Below are positions 12,642-24,332 of a stretch of 64,000 bases of DNA, one piece after another. The stretch is taken from NCBI RefSeq assembly GCF_022846255.1, contig NZ_AP025682.1. One strand, written 5' to 3'. How positions within the stretch are numbered: the stretch's first letter is position 1; each line of letters opens with the position of its first letter. The DNA comes from Escherichia coli (lineage in GTDB: Bacteria > Pseudomonadota > Gammaproteobacteria > Enterobacterales > Enterobacteriaceae). Both the position numbers and the translations under genes were made by a program. A model generated the notes under the pieces. That model had not been told where the DNA came from and did no database searches. It was given only the letters and a program-made list of their open reading frames with translations.

Positions 12642-12986
12642 ATGTATTTACGACCAGACGAGGTGGCGCGCGTACTTGAAAAAGTCGGTTTTACTGTCGA
12701 TGTGGTAACCCAGAAAGCGTATGGTTACCGCCGTGGGGAAAATTATGTCTATGTTAATCGCGAAGCGCGAATGGGACGTACCGCCCTGGTGATTCATCCA
12801 ACATTAAAAGAACGTAGTTCAACACTGGCTGAACCCGCTTCCGATATTAAAACTTGCGATCATTACCAGCAATTTCCGCTCTATTTAGCGGGTGAACGTC
12901 ATGAGCATTACGGTATCCCGCATGGCTTTAGTTCGCGTGTTGCGCTTGAACGTTATTTGAATGGTTTATTTGGCGAAGCCAGTTAA
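12642..12986 (+). CDS. ygaC: Uncharacterised protein YgaC (114 aa)
   Basis: Translation recognised; divergent from ygaM. Confidence 0.85.
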
Positions 12987-13022
12987 AGACGCGACTGGCG
13001 ATGCCAGTCGCGAAAAGAAGGG

Positions 13023-13472
13023 TCAGGCTTTTACCTGCTGGTAACGGCTGACTTTAAACAGTCGGCGGCAATAATCGAGGAAGTAGCCATAAACCGCCCC
13101 CATCAACATCGAAACAACGATGTTTGAACTGACCGCCGCCATAATCTGATGCCAGTCTGCGCCCACCACTAACAAGATCGCCACATACACCGGTGACTGG
13201 AACGTCACATAAGCCAGGATATCCGCCAGATTTTTTATCCAGCCCGACGGGCTAACTTTGCGTGCCGCGCGCATAAACAGATCGCGGTACATACCGTATG
13301 GCCATGCAATTAAGATGTTCACCGGAATCGCTACCAATCTGGAATAAAAAGACTGTTCGAAGCTCATTCCGGAGAGGAAAACTTCAATACACATGTTCAC
13401 GACAGAACAGTAAACAACCATCGCGAACGTATCTGCAACTGCATGACGCAAGCGTGACTGCGGTGAGAACAT
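13023..13472 (-). CDS. alaE: L-alanine exporter AlaE (YgaW, 149 aa)
   Basis: Translation recognised; small polytopic membrane protein. Confidence 0.9.
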   Translation of the reverse strand: MFSPQSRLRHAVADTFAMVVYCSVVNMCIEVFLSGMSFEQSFYSRLVAIPVNILIAWPYGMYRDLFMRAARKVSPSGWIKNLADILAYVTFQSPVYVAILLVVGADWHQIMAAVSSNIVVSMLMGAVYGYFLDYCRRLFKVSRYQQVKA

Positions 13473-14139
13473 GCTAATGCTCCTTAATAAAAGCGTAATG
13501 GGATGTTAATGGAGATGAAAGCAGTGGATCTCATTGCCATCTGCATTTTCGCATAGCGTATATCGCTGGCTATGACTAATCAATTAGTGAAAAATTTTTA
13601 TTTAATCTGTTTTTGTAGATAAAATATTCCGTAACGGCGCGTTTTTTGTACATTGTGGATTTTTACATGCCGGTATGATTTATTTTTAATTAAATCAATT
13701 GGATATGTGTTTACCTTTATTTTCACTCATGAAGGTTTGGGGGGGAGGTAACGCTATAAGCGTAGAGAATTCGGTGTATGTAGTGATCGGGTCATTTTCA
13801 GCATTTTTTATGCCAGATAATGTACATTGACAGCAGAAAGCACCAGTGAGTGATGTTTTCTTTTATTCTGTTGAGTTGCATTTTTATTCACTTTGGTTTT
13901 GTCAGGCTTGCGGAATTAGCGAGCAGAGAGCGCCGCTCTGTTCACCAATAACCTAAATTACTCATCAAAATGGCTAATATATAATCTTGAAATTATTCTG
14001 AGAGTTTCAGAAAATAACAGCTGAAATAATCTCGTGCAGGACTGTAAATAGATTAAATTTTGTGGAAATATAATAAGTGATCGCTTACACTACGCGACGA
14101 AATACTTTTTTGTTTTGGCGTTAAAAGGTTTTCTTTATT

Positions 14140-14544
14140 ATGTCCGTAATGTTACAAAGTTTAAATAACATTCGCACCCTCCGTGCGATGGCTCGCGAAT
14201 TCTCCATTGACGTTCTTGAAGAAATGCTCGAAAAATTCAGGGTTGTCACTAAAGAAAGACGTGAAGAAGAAGAACAACAGCAGCGTGAACTGGCAGAGCG
14301 CCAGGAAAAAATTAGCACCTGGCTGGAGCTGATGAAAGCTGACGGAATTAACCCGGAAGAGTTATTGGGTGATAGCTCTGCTGCGGCACCACGCGCTGGT
14401 AAAAAACGCCAGCCGCGTCCGGCGAAATATAAATTCATCGATGTTAACGGTGAAACTAAAACCTGGACCGGTCAGGGCCGTACACCGAAGCCAATCGCTC
14501 AGGCGCTGGCAGAAGGTAAATCTCTCGACGATTTCCTGATCTAA
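14140..14544 (+). CDS. stpA: H-NS paralogue StpA (134 aa)
   Basis: Translation recognised; preceded by a roughly 660-bp AT-rich regulatory region. Confidence 0.95.
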   Translation: MSVMLQSLNNIRTLRAMAREFSIDVLEEMLEKFRVVTKERREEEEQQQRELAERQEKISTWLELMKADGINPEELLGDSSAAAPRAGKKRQPRPAKYKFIDVNGETKTWTGQGRTPKPIAQALAEGKSLDDFLI

Positions 14545-14590
14545 TTACTGAGGCCGGATGCCGCTGCTATGGCGCGTCCGGCGTCGCTTC

Positions 14591-15115
14591 TCAAGCTCGT
14601 TGGTTCCACGGCATCTTATCTAACAATCTTGCCATTCCACAAAAACCACTAATTCCTGCAAACAGTAACCCAGCACCAACAAAGCCGCTTAATAAGAAGA
14701 AAACGCTATTTACGGTATAACCCAGTACAACGCCGATTAATATTAAACCACCCGCGGCGATCTGCACCTGGCGCATTAACGGCAAGGGTTGGGATTTATT
14801 TACCGCTACTGGCAATCCTGCTTTTTTCCAGCCATCAATCCCATCTTCGAGTAAAAAGATTTCTGCGGGGGCGGCAATCGCTGCTAATTTATCGGCGTTA
14901 TTACTGGTGCGTTTACCTGCCTGGCAGTGGAATATAATTTGCTCGCGACGTAATTTAGGCGGAAGACCTGACTGTTCCAGTACGGATAATGGAGCCAGAT
15001 CTGCTTCAGGAATATGTTCACGAAGATATTCATCAGCATCACGAATATCGATTAACTTTGCGCCGCGTGCGATTAATTCTTGTGCATCATGCGGCGAAAT
15101 GGTTGTCAAAGCCAT
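14591..15115 (-). CDS. ygaP: Rhodanese-domain thiosulfate sulfurtransferase YgaP (174 aa)
   Basis: N-terminal rhodanese domain with catalytic Cys (..FHCQAGKR..) and C-terminal membrane anchor. Confidence 0.9.
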   Translation of the reverse strand: MALTTISPHDAQELIARGAKLIDIRDADEYLREHIPEADLAPLSVLEQSGLPPKLRREQIIFHCQAGKRTSNNADKLAAIAAPAEIFLLEDGIDGWKKAGLPVAVNKSQPLPLMRQVQIAAGGLILIGVVLGYTVNSVFFLLSGFVGAGLLFAGISGFCGMARLLDKMPWNQRA

Positions 15116-15124
15116 AGTGACTCC

Positions 15125-15424
15125 TTACGGACAATAGACATTTTTCAGGGTGGCGATAATGGCATTTACCGCCTCATTTTTAATGGAATATAGAATGCGT
15201 TGGGCATCCCGTTGGCTGTCGATAAGCCCTTCGCCCCGCATACGAGCGAGATGCTGTGATGTCGCAGAGGCACTCAGTCCGGTAATGCGCGTCAGCTCTC
15301 CCGCGCTGGTGCCGGGGGAACCGCTAAGCATACACAGAATCAGCAATCGTTTAGGGTGGCTCATTGATTTCAATAAGGCCGCTGCCTGTTCGGCACTGGC
15401 CTGTAATTGTGCGAGTTCAGTCAT
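15125..15424 (-). CDS. ygaV: ArsR/SmtB-family transcriptional regulator YgaV (99 aa)
   Basis: Translation recognised; upstream of ygaP on the same strand. Confidence 0.9.
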   Translation of the reverse strand: MTELAQLQASAEQAAALLKSMSHPKRLLILCMLSGSPGTSAGELTRITGLSASATSQHLARMRGEGLIDSQRDAQRILYSIKNEAVNAIIATLKNVYCP

Positions 15425-15606
15425 AGTTATTTAAGTAATTTCTAAATTAAGTAAACTCTAAACTAAGAGTGCAACATATACCAGCATCAGCAGCGTAAAT
15501 GAGAGTAAAAGCGTAAGCTGAAACTGGCAGGCTCCGATAAAATTACTACGCTTAAGAGATAAAATCTCTTTTTAAACAATGAGTAATTTTCTTATAGGGA
15601 GTACAT

Positions 15607-15765
15607 ATGGGTTTCTGGAGAATCGTCATCACCATCATTCTGCCGCCGCTCGGCGTGCTGCTCGGTAAAGGGTTCGGTTGGGCGTTCATTATTAATATTC
15701 TGCTGACACTGCTTGGCTATATCCCCGGTTTGATTCACGCGTTCTGGGTGCAAACCCGCGATTAA
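15607..15765 (+). CDS. yqaE: Small membrane protein YqaE (Pmp3/UPF0057 family, 52 aa)
   Basis: ATG at 15607 to TAA at 15763-15765 encodes MGFWRIVITIILPPLGVLLGKGFGWAFIINILLTLLGYIPGLIHAFWVQTRD; absent from the ORF track (below 60 aa); a GC hairpin follows. Confidence 0.8.
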   Translation: MGFWRIVITIILPPLGVLLGKGFGWAFIINILLTLLGYIPGLIHAFWVQTRD

Positions 15766-15848
15766 ACCTGTGCTCACCCCCGCGGCGTTAACGCGCCGCG
15801 TTCCTCTGCTACACTTTCTGAGTGTTTCCGTTAACGAATGAGGTAGCT

Positions 15849-16298
15849 ATGGGTCTGTTCAATTTTGTGAAAGATGCCGGAGAAAAACTCTGGGACGCGG
15901 TTACAGGTCAGCACGATAAAGACGATCAGGCGAAGAAGGTGCAGGAGCATCTGAACAAAACCGGTATACCTGATGCCGATAAAGTGAACATTCAAATTGC
16001 CGACGGCAAAGCGACGGTCACTGGTGACGGCTTAAGTCAGGAGGCGAAGGAGAAAATCCTTGTTGCGGTGGGGAATATTTCCGGTATTGCCAGTGTCGAT
16101 GATCAGGTGAAAACGGCGACACCAGCCACTGCCAGCCAGTTTTATGCCGTTAAGTCTGGCGACACTCTGAGTGCCATTTCCAAACAGGTCTACGGTAACG
16201 CTAATCTGTACAATAAAATCTTCGAAGCGAATAAACCGATGCTAAAAAGCCCGGATAAAATTTACCCGGGGCAAGTGTTGCGTATTCCTGAAGAGTAG
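15849..16298 (+). CDS. kbp: Potassium-binding BON/LysM protein Kbp (YgaU, 149 aa)
   Basis: Translation recognised; start set at [11 protein letters not shown]..., 9 codons inside the ORF-track start. Confidence 0.9.
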   Translation: MGLFNFVKDAGEKLWDAVTGQHDKDDQAKKVQEHLNKTGIPDADKVNIQIADGKATVTGDGLSQEAKEKILVAVGNISGIASVDDQVKTATPATASQFYAVKSGDTLSAISKQVYGNANLYNKIFEANKPMLKSPDKIYPGQVLRIPEE

Positions 16299-16961
16299 TT
16301 AATTGCCAGCCATCGCCTGCTGGATAATGGGAATCGGCGTCAGCAAATGCTGGCGCATTAACTCACTGGCGCGCGCGGCATCCCGCGCCAGCACAGCTTC
16401 GGTTAAAATTTGATGTTGGTTGTGTTTATCTTCCAGCATTTCCACGGAAAGTACCGTTCGCCGCAGCCAGATGAAGCGATAGCGCGCCGCCAGATCAAAC
16501 AACCGTTCACGCATTTGCAGCAAATAGTGAGAACCACAGCCTGTCACAATTGCAGTATGAAACGCCTGATGACGCAGATCCCACTCATCAAGCATTTTCT
16601 CACTGGCGTCACAGGCCTCAAGCTTACTGAGCAGATGCGCCTTCGCAAGAACGTCTGCCTCCCACTCATCACTACCGCGGGCAATCGCCAGGCTTACCAG
16701 CATCGCTTCCATATTGGCACGGGCATCGAAAATATCGAGCAGCTCCTGCTCTGACATAGACGCCACCCGATACCCTTTTTGATTCACCACCGTGACCAGT
16801 CGTTCTGCCACCAGTTGCGAAAGCGCTTCCCGCAACGGCCCAACGCCAAGTGCATAACGCGATGTCAGCAAACTCATCCGTAATTTTTCATCCGGCTGAA
16901 AATTGCCGCGAATAATATCGTTCTTCAGCCAGCGATAGCCATCCAGAGAGGTAATGGTCAT
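16299..16961 (-). CDS. csiR: GntR-family repressor CsiR (220 aa)
   Basis: Translation recognised; start set at MTITSLDGY...; downstream of gabP. Confidence 0.85.
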   Translation of the reverse strand: MTITSLDGYRWLKNDIIRGNFQPDEKLRMSLLTSRYALGVGPLREALSQLVAERLVTVVNQKGYRVASMSEQELLDIFDARANMEAMLVSLAIARGSDEWEADVLAKAHLLSKLEACDASEKMLDEWDLRHQAFHTAIVTGCGSHYLLQMRERLFDLAARYRFIWLRRTVLSVEMLEDKHNQHQILTEAVLARDAARASELMRQHLLTPIPIIQQAMAGN

Positions 16962-16981
16962 GGTGTGACTCCTGATCATTA

Positions 16982-18382
16982 TCAGCGCGTATTATGAATG
17001 GGTGTTTTTTGCCACATTATCAGCTTTTTCCAGCGAGCCATAATTGGCACGGTACAGATAATCCCAATCGCTAATAAGCCGGTGGAGAGCACTTCTAACT
17101 GTTGCGCCGGGCGGAATAGCATCACTACCAACACAAAGGTAATAAAACCGATTACCAGCCAGGTGAGCCACGGATAAAGCCACATCCGCAGGCGAATTTC
17201 GCTTCCTTCTGCTCGCAGAATTTTGCGCATCCGCAATTGTGAAACGGCGATGACTAAATAAACCAGCAGGGCGATAGCGCCGGAGCTGTCGATCAGAAAT
17301 TTAAACACCTTCGCAGGCGCGTAATAGTTCACCACCACCGTTAAGAATGCCGCGCCGGTGGAGAGTAACACCGCCACGTACGGGGTTTTACTGCGGTTGA
17401 TTTTACCCATTACCGCGGGAGCATCACCGCGACGGCTTAAGGAGTAGAGCATCCTGGAAGCGGTATACAGCGCCGAGTTCAGGCAACTGGTTACGGAAAG
17501 TAATATCACGCAGTCCATGATTAATTTCGCATGAGGAATATTGAGCAATTCCAGAACCGAGCGATAAGAACCAACGGCTTTCAGCCCCGGCATATTCCAC
17601 GGGATTAATGCCACAACGACAAAAATAGAACACAAATAGAAAATAGAGATACGCCAGATAACCGAGTTGGTGGCGCGGACAATATGTTTTTCCGGCGTGT
17701 CGGATTCCGCGGCGGCAATGGTGACAATTTCTGCGCCCATAAACGAGAACATGGTGATCAACATCGCGCTTAATACCGCACCGAAGCCGTTGGGCATAAA
17801 GCCGCCGCTATCCCACAATCTTGAAATACCGCTCACGTCGGCATACGGGTAAAAACCGCTAATTGCGACTGCACCAAGGAAAATAAAGGCCAGGATAGCG
17901 ATGACTTTACACAGCGCCAGCCAGAACTCAAATTCGCCGTAGTTTTTAACGCTTAATAAATTACTGCCGGTTAAGGCGAGGGTAATGACGAGGGAAAATA
18001 ACCAGATGGGAATGCCTGGAACCCACGAGTGCAGGATCATGGCGGCGATGTTGGCTTCAAGTGGGATAACCAGTACCCAAAACCACCAGTACAACCAGCC
18101 GATGGTATAGCCCGCCCAGCGGCCAATGGCTTTATCGGCATAGGTGGAAAACGAACCGGTATCAGGCGTGGCAACTGCCATTTCCGCCAACATCCGCATA
18201 ATCATAACCACCAGTAATCCGGCGAACAGATAGGCCAGTAATACCGCCGGGCCCGCTTCGGCGATGGCGACGCTGGAACCGACAAACAGACTTGCGCCGA
18301 TAACACCGGCAATAGACAACATGGTGACGTGGCGTGACTTCAGCCCGCCGCCTAACTCATGTGGTTGCGATGATTGCCCCAT
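16982..18382 (-). CDS. gabP: GABA permease GabP (APC family, 466 aa)
   Basis: Translation recognised; start set at MGQSSQPHEL..., 21 codons inside the ORF-track start. Confidence 0.9.
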   Translation of the reverse strand: MGQSSQPHELGGGLKSRHVTMLSIAGVIGASLFVGSSVAIAEAGPAVLLAYLFAGLLVVMIMRMLAEMAVATPDTGSFSTYADKAIGRWAGYTIGWLYWWFWVLVIPLEANIAAMILHSWVPGIPIWLFSLVITLALTGSNLLSVKNYGEFEFWLALCKVIAILAFIFLGAVAISGFYPYADVSGISRLWDSGGFMPNGFGAVLSAMLITMFSFMGAEIVTIAAAESDTPEKHIVRATNSVIWRISIFYLCSIFVVVALIPWNMPGLKAVGSYRSVLELLNIPHAKLIMDCVILLSVTSCLNSALYTASRMLYSLSRRGDAPAVMGKINRSKTPYVAVLLSTGAAFLTVVVNYYAPAKVFKFLIDSSGAIALLVYLVIAVSQLRMRKILRAEGSEIRLRMWLYPWLTWLVIGFITFVLVVMLFRPAQQLEVLSTGLLAIGIICTVPIMARWKKLIMWQKTPIHNTR

Positions 18383-18482
18383 CCTGAATCCTCTCGAAAG
18401 TGTGTCACTTGGGAGAGCGCCCCGACATTTCCCGCGTCGGGTCACGCGTGTAATTGTTATTGATTCTTTTTACCGGAGAGCG

Positions 18483-18612
18483 GCTCCGCCTTATCCGGCC
18501 GACATAGATTTATTCCTGTTCACATACAGATTGTCGGATGCAGCGTAAACGCTTTATCCGACCTGGATTCGCGTAGGCCGGACAAGACGCGCAGCGTCGC
18601 CTCCGGCATGGG
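18483..18612. repeat. REP/BIME cluster between gabT and gabP
   Basis: Three REP-like palindromic units (for example GCCTTATCCGGCCGACA and GTAGGCCGGACAAGACGCGCAGCGTCGCCTCCGGCATGG). Confidence 0.55.
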
Positions 18613-18619
18613 TACGGAT

Positions 18620-19900
18620 CTACTGCTTCGCCTCAGCAAAACACTGGCTGATGATCTCCAGACCCTGACGGATCTGAGCGTCTTCAATGGTGAGCGGTAC
18701 AAGGATGCGCAGCACGTTGTTATACGGGCCGCAGGAGAGAAGAATCAGGCCTTTATCGCGGGCACGCGCCACGATCTCGGCGGTGAGTTTGGCGTCCGGT
18801 TTGCTGTGATCGCCATCTTCAAACAGCTCGATGGCAATCATCGCTCCCAGCCCGCGTATATCGCCGATCTCCGGGTGTTTTTCGGCTATCGCCAGCAATC
18901 CGTCTTTCAGCTTATGCCCCAGGTCGTTGGCTTTTTGCAGCAGATTTTCCTGCTCGAATACCTTTAACACTTCCAGCGCTGCCACGCAGGCAATCGGGTT
19001 ACCGGCATAGGTGCCGCCCAGACCGCCTGGAGCGACGGCATCCATCACTTCCGCGCGCCCGGTGACGCCCGCCAGCGGGAAGCCGCCCGCGATCGATTTC
19101 GCAAAGGTGGTAAGATCCGGCGCAACGCCCATTTGCTCCATCGCAAACAGCGTGCCGGTACGCCCTGCGCCGCTCTGCACTTCATCGGCAATCAGCATGA
19201 TCCCGTGCTCGTCACACAGCGCGCGTAAACGCTGCATAAAGGCTGGCGTCGCGGCGTAGAAACCGCCTTCGCCCTGAACCGGCTCAATCACGATGGCGGC
19301 GATATCTTCCGGCGCAGCATCATTTTTAAAAATTCGGTGAATGCTGGCGATAGCGTCATCTTCACTGATGCCGTGCAGCGGGCAAGGATAAAGCGCGCGA
19401 TAAACGTGCCCAGGCATCAGCCCCATGCCCGCAGAGTACGGATTCACCTTGCCGGTCAGCGCCAGCGTGTAATGCGTGCGCCCGTGGTACGCGCCGCTAA
19501 AGGCGATGGTCCCGCTGCGTTTGGTGGCGGCGCGGGCGATTTTCACTGCGTTTTCCACCGCTTCAGAACCCGTGGTGACCAGCAGCGTTTTCTTGGCAAA
19601 ATCGCCCGGCACCTTCTGATTCATAATCTCGCACAGCTCCAGATACGGCTCGTAAGCCAGCACCTGGAAGCAGGTGTGCGACAGTTTTTTCAACTGCGCT
19701 TCCACTGCCGCCACCACTTTCGGATGCAGGTGCCCGGTATTGAGCACCGCAATCCCGCCCGCGAAATCAAGATACTCACGGCCTTCAACGTCCCACACCC
19801 GGCAGTTTTCCGCGCGGTCAGCGAAAATCGGGTGAATTTGCCCAACGCCACGGGGAATCGCCTGACTGCGGCGCTGCATTAACTCTTTATTGCTGCTCAT
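18620..19900 (-). CDS. gabT: 4-aminobutyrate aminotransferase GabT (426 aa)
   Basis: Translation recognised; of the two in-frame ATGs only the second (19898-19900, MSSNKELMQ) has a GGAGA ribosome-binding site at 6-nt spacing. Confidence 0.9.
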   Translation of the reverse strand: MSSNKELMQRRSQAIPRGVGQIHPIFADRAENCRVWDVEGREYLDFAGGIAVLNTGHLHPKVVAAVEAQLKKLSHTCFQVLAYEPYLELCEIMNQKVPGDFAKKTLLVTTGSEAVENAVKIARAATKRSGTIAFSGAYHGRTHYTLALTGKVNPYSAGMGLMPGHVYRALYPCPLHGISEDDAIASIHRIFKNDAAPEDIAAIVIEPVQGEGGFYAATPAFMQRLRALCDEHGIMLIADEVQSGAGRTGTLFAMEQMGVAPDLTTFAKSIAGGFPLAGVTGRAEVMDAVAPGGLGGTYAGNPIACVAALEVLKVFEQENLLQKANDLGHKLKDGLLAIAEKHPEIGDIRGLGAMIAIELFEDGDHSKPDAKLTAEIVARARDKGLILLSCGPYNNVLRILVPLTIEDAQIRQGLEIISQCFAEAKQ

Positions 19901-19913
19901 TCGCATTCTCCAG

Positions 19914-21362
19914 TTAAAGACCGATGCACATATATTTGATTTCTAAGTAATCTTCGATGCCATACTTCGAACCTTCACGACCCAGACCCGAGGCTTTAAT
20001 GCCGCCAAACGGGGCCACTTCATTGGAAATAATGCCGGTGTTGATGCCGATGATGCCGTACTCCAGTGCTTCGCCCACGCGGAAGACGCGGCTTAAATCA
20101 CGGGCGTAGAAATAGGCTGCAAGGCCAAATTCGGTGTCATTGGCTTGCGCAATCACATCGGCTTCATCTTTAAAACGGAACAGCGGGGCGAGGGGGCCAA
20201 ACGTCTCTTCTTTCGACACTTTGGCGTTAGCCGGAACGTCCACCAGAATGGTCGGCTGGAAGAAGTTACCGCCGCGTTCATGTGCTTTACCGCCGCAAAC
20301 CACGCGCGCGCCTTTCTCCAGCGCATCGGCAATATGCTCTTCCACTTTTGCTACCGCTTTTTCATCGATCAGCGGCCCGATGGTGACGCCTTTCTCCAGC
20401 CCGTTGCCGATGTGCAGTTTGCTCACCGCCTGCTGCAATTTTTCGGCAAAGCGGTCATACACGCCGTTCTGCACATACAGGCGGTTGGCGCAGACGCAGG
20501 TTTGCCCGGCGTTACGGAATTTCGAGGCCAGCGCGCCTTCCACGGCTTTATCGAGATCGGCATCGTCAAAGACAATAAACGGTGCGTTGCCGCCCAGCTC
20601 CAGCGACACTTTTTTGATGTCTTTCGCGCACTGTTCCATTAACTGACGGCCAATTTCGGTCGAGCCGGTAAACGACAGCTTGCGCACCAGCGGGTTGCTG
20701 GTCAGTTCGTTACCGACCGCGCCCGCCGAACCGGTGACTACGTTAAACACGCCAGCCGGAACGCCCGCGCGAATCGCCAGTTCTGCCAGCGCCAGCGCAG
20801 AGAACGGCGTCTGACTGGCGGGCTTCAGCACCATCGTGCAGCCTGCCGCCAGCGCCGGACCGGCTTTACGGGTAATCATCGCCGCCGGGAAGTTCCACGG
20901 CGTGATAGCCGCGGTGACGCCAATCGGCTGCTTGATAACAATCAGGCGTTTATCGGCCTGATGACCGGGAATGGTGTCGCCATAAATACGTTTGCCTTCT
21001 TCAGCAAACCACTCAATAAAGGAAGCGGCGTAGCTGATTTCGCCTTTCGCTTCAGTCAATGGTTTGCCCTGTTCGAGGGTCATCAGGCGCGCTAAATCGT
21101 CCTGATGCTCCATCATTAAATTGAACCAGTTGCGCAGAATGTTGGCGCGTTCTTTGGCAGTGAGCGCACGCCAGGCGGGCAGGGCGCGGTTGGCGGCGTC
21201 GATAGCGGCGCGGGTTTCATCAGCGCCCATTTTCGGCACGCTACCCAGCTTGTCGCCGTTCGCCGGATTGGTGACGTCGATGACCTCGCCATTGTTGGCG
21301 TCCAGCCATTCCCCGTTAATCAACGCCTGCTGGCGGAATAAGTTACTGTCGTTAAGTTTCAT
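19914..21362 (-). CDS. gabD: Succinate-semialdehyde dehydrogenase GabD (482 aa)
   Basis: Aldehyde dehydrogenase family translation recognised. Confidence 0.95.
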   Translation of the reverse strand: MKLNDSNLFRQQALINGEWLDANNGEVIDVTNPANGDKLGSVPKMGADETRAAIDAANRALPAWRALTAKERANILRNWFNLMMEHQDDLARLMTLEQGKPLTEAKGEISYAASFIEWFAEEGKRIYGDTIPGHQADKRLIVIKQPIGVTAAITPWNFPAAMITRKAGPALAAGCTMVLKPASQTPFSALALAELAIRAGVPAGVFNVVTGSAGAVGNELTSNPLVRKLSFTGSTEIGRQLMEQCAKDIKKVSLELGGNAPFIVFDDADLDKAVEGALASKFRNAGQTCVCANRLYVQNGVYDRFAEKLQQAVSKLHIGNGLEKGVTIGPLIDEKAVAKVEEHIADALEKGARVVCGGKAHERGGNFFQPTILVDVPANAKVSKEETFGPLAPLFRFKDEADVIAQANDTEFGLAAYFYARDLSRVFRVGEALEYGIIGINTGIISNEVAPFGGIKASGLGREGSKYGIEDYLEIKYMCIGL

Positions 21363-21384
21363 CGCTACATCCTGTTTTCAAAGG

Positions 21385-22653
21385 TTATTGATTAAATGCG
21401 GCGTGTAAGGCATCCACACTACGTGCCGCTCGCAGCGTGCGTCCGGGGTTACTCTGGCTTGCCAACAGCGTTTGTACCTTGCTGACAATATGCGCACCAA
21501 TAGGAATTGCTGATGTCGCTGCCGGGGAGGGCGCATTACAGGTGTGGATCGTGCGCGGGGTGGTGACAAACAGAAAATCGTCAATCAGCTTGCCGTCCGG
21601 CGATACTGCCTGCGCCCGCACACCGGGGGGCCTGGGCTGGAGATCGCTTAACGAAAGCCGGGGACAATACTTTTGCACCAGCCGCAGATAGCCGCTTTTG
21701 CACAGCGAGTTTTTCATCTCGCCCAGTCCTGAGCGTAGATGGTTTTGCAGCACCCGGCGAATCCCCGACGAGCCTAAAATCTCCAGCGTGTCACTAAATG
21801 AGAAGTCGCGCTTGCGATAGCCTTCGCGTTTGAAAGCCAGCACCGCGTTTGGCCCGACGGTCACGCTGCCGTCGATCATGCGGGTGAGATGCACGCCCAA
21901 AAACGGCATTGCCGGGTCGGGAATGGGGTAAATCAGGTGGTTAACAATCTGGTTATGCTCCGGCGCAAGGCGGAAATACTCGCCACGGAACGGGCAGATA
22001 ATAAAGCCCGGTTCGAGGCCGAGCATTTTCACCAGCCGGTCAGCCATCAGCCCGGAACAGCTAATCAGCGTCGATGCTTCATATTCACCGCCCTGACGGG
22101 TACGTATCACCACGCCGTTTTTATGCTCACTAAGGGCGCTGACTTCGGCGTTATAAATAATCTCGCCGCCTCTGGCCTGGAAGATTTTTGCCATCGCCGC
22201 CGTCACTTCGCGATAGCTGACAATGCCGCTGGACGGCACAAAAATGCCGCCAAGCCCGGTGATATTCGGTTCGCGCTCGCGCAGTTCCTCGGCGTTTAAC
22301 CACTCGCGCTCGATACCGTTCGCCGCCGTGCGTTCCCACAACGCGCGCATCCGTTCCATTTCGAGTTCAGAGGTGGCGACCAGCATCTTGCCGCAGTTGT
22401 CATAGCGAATGCCGTTTTGATCGCAAAAGGCTTTGGTGGCGCGGTTTCCCGCCAGGCAAAACTGCGCCTTCAGGCTGCCGGGCGTGTAATAGACCCCAGC
22501 ATGGATCACGCCGCTGTTGTGGCCCGTCTGGTGACAGGCCGGGCCGGACTCTTTTTCCAGCAACGCAATGCGGGCATCCGGATAAACATCAATCAGTTGC
22601 ATGGCGGTCGACATGCCGATGATGCCGCCGCCAATAATCACAAAATCATACAT
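21385..22653 (-). CDS. lhgO: L-2-hydroxyglutarate dehydrogenase/oxidase LhgO (YgaF, 422 aa)
   Basis: FAD-binding GxGxxG N-terminus (MYDFVIIGGGIIG); start set 22 codons inside the ORF-track start, with AAGGA 9 nt upstream. Confidence 0.9.
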   Translation of the reverse strand: MYDFVIIGGGIIGMSTAMQLIDVYPDARIALLEKESGPACHQTGHNSGVIHAGVYYTPGSLKAQFCLAGNRATKAFCDQNGIRYDNCGKMLVATSELEMERMRALWERTAANGIEREWLNAEELREREPNITGLGGIFVPSSGIVSYREVTAAMAKIFQARGGEIIYNAEVSALSEHKNGVVIRTRQGGEYEASTLISCSGLMADRLVKMLGLEPGFIICPFRGEYFRLAPEHNQIVNHLIYPIPDPAMPFLGVHLTRMIDGSVTVGPNAVLAFKREGYRKRDFSFSDTLEILGSSGIRRVLQNHLRSGLGEMKNSLCKSGYLRLVQKYCPRLSLSDLQPRPPGVRAQAVSPDGKLIDDFLFVTTPRTIHTCNAPSPAATSAIPIGAHIVSKVQTLLASQSNPGRTLRAARSVDALHAAFNQ

Positions 22654-22672
22654 CCGCTCAATTCCTTTGCGC

Positions 22673-23749
<1,077 letters not shown>

Positions 23750-23768
23750 TTACATATTGTTTTCTTAT

Positions 23769-23785
23769 TGTGATCAAAAACAACA
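23769..23785. promoter_or_regulatory. Putative cAMP-CRP site in the csiD promoter
   Basis: TGTGATCAAAAACAACA (one good TGTGA/TCACA half-site) about 120-135 bp upstream of the csiD ATG; csiD is known to be CRP- and sigmaS-dependent. Confidence 0.3.
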
Positions 23786-24178
23786 AATTAATAACAAATA
23801 ATGTGAGGGATAAGAATTGGGTTGAAAGGAAATGAATAATTAAAACAATATATTAAGTGTGCTTATACTCTTTTTCGAACTGGTGGCATTTGTTTAAATG
23901 CTATTTAAACTGCTTTTCCAGAGTTCAACTTACTGAGTTCCGTGTCGACTAATGTGAGTAAGATCAATCGCATCCAACCTATGTTACTTGATGGAATCGA
24001 TAACAATATTAATGAATATACAGATTCCGGGAAGGCTGGCTATGGGGGCAAATTATTCTCTTTCTGGCAACAGGTAAATAACAGTGACCATTTGTCGAGA
24101 AGCTGATACTAAGCTGAGGGATACTGTATATGTCTGGACTGTAATTGGATGAATTCTATTCAGGGCGGGTCAGGACCA

Positions 24179-24204
24179 ATAAAAAAGCCCGCATCAGCGG
24201 GCTT
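24179..24204 (-). terminator. ssrA intrinsic terminator
   Basis: Minus strand AAAGCCCGC-TGAT-GCGGGCTTTTTTATT, about 130 nt downstream of the tmRNA 3' CCA. Confidence 0.7.
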
Positions 24205-24332
24205 TAATGTCATAGGGAGTCGCGACTCCGTTGCGTATCCTTTTTTGTCTCCTCACCGTCTGGTCGGTGTCCTGCTGAGACTTATAACTTCCTGTTTTTG
24301 TTGGTGTAGTCCTTACACCGTCCAATCATGAT

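Noticed and set aside
15592-15777. 61-aa minus-strand ORF at the yqaE locus
   Set aside because: The plus strand encodes the conserved 52-aa Pmp3-family protein YqaE (MGFWRIVITIILPPLG...); the minus-strand ORF is its antisense shadow.
24149-24331. 60-aa ORF between the ssrA terminator and the ssrA 3' end
   Set aside because: It spans the ssrA terminator hairpin and trailer, has no ribosome-binding site, and sits on the opposite strand to the tmRNA trailer; most likely non-coding.
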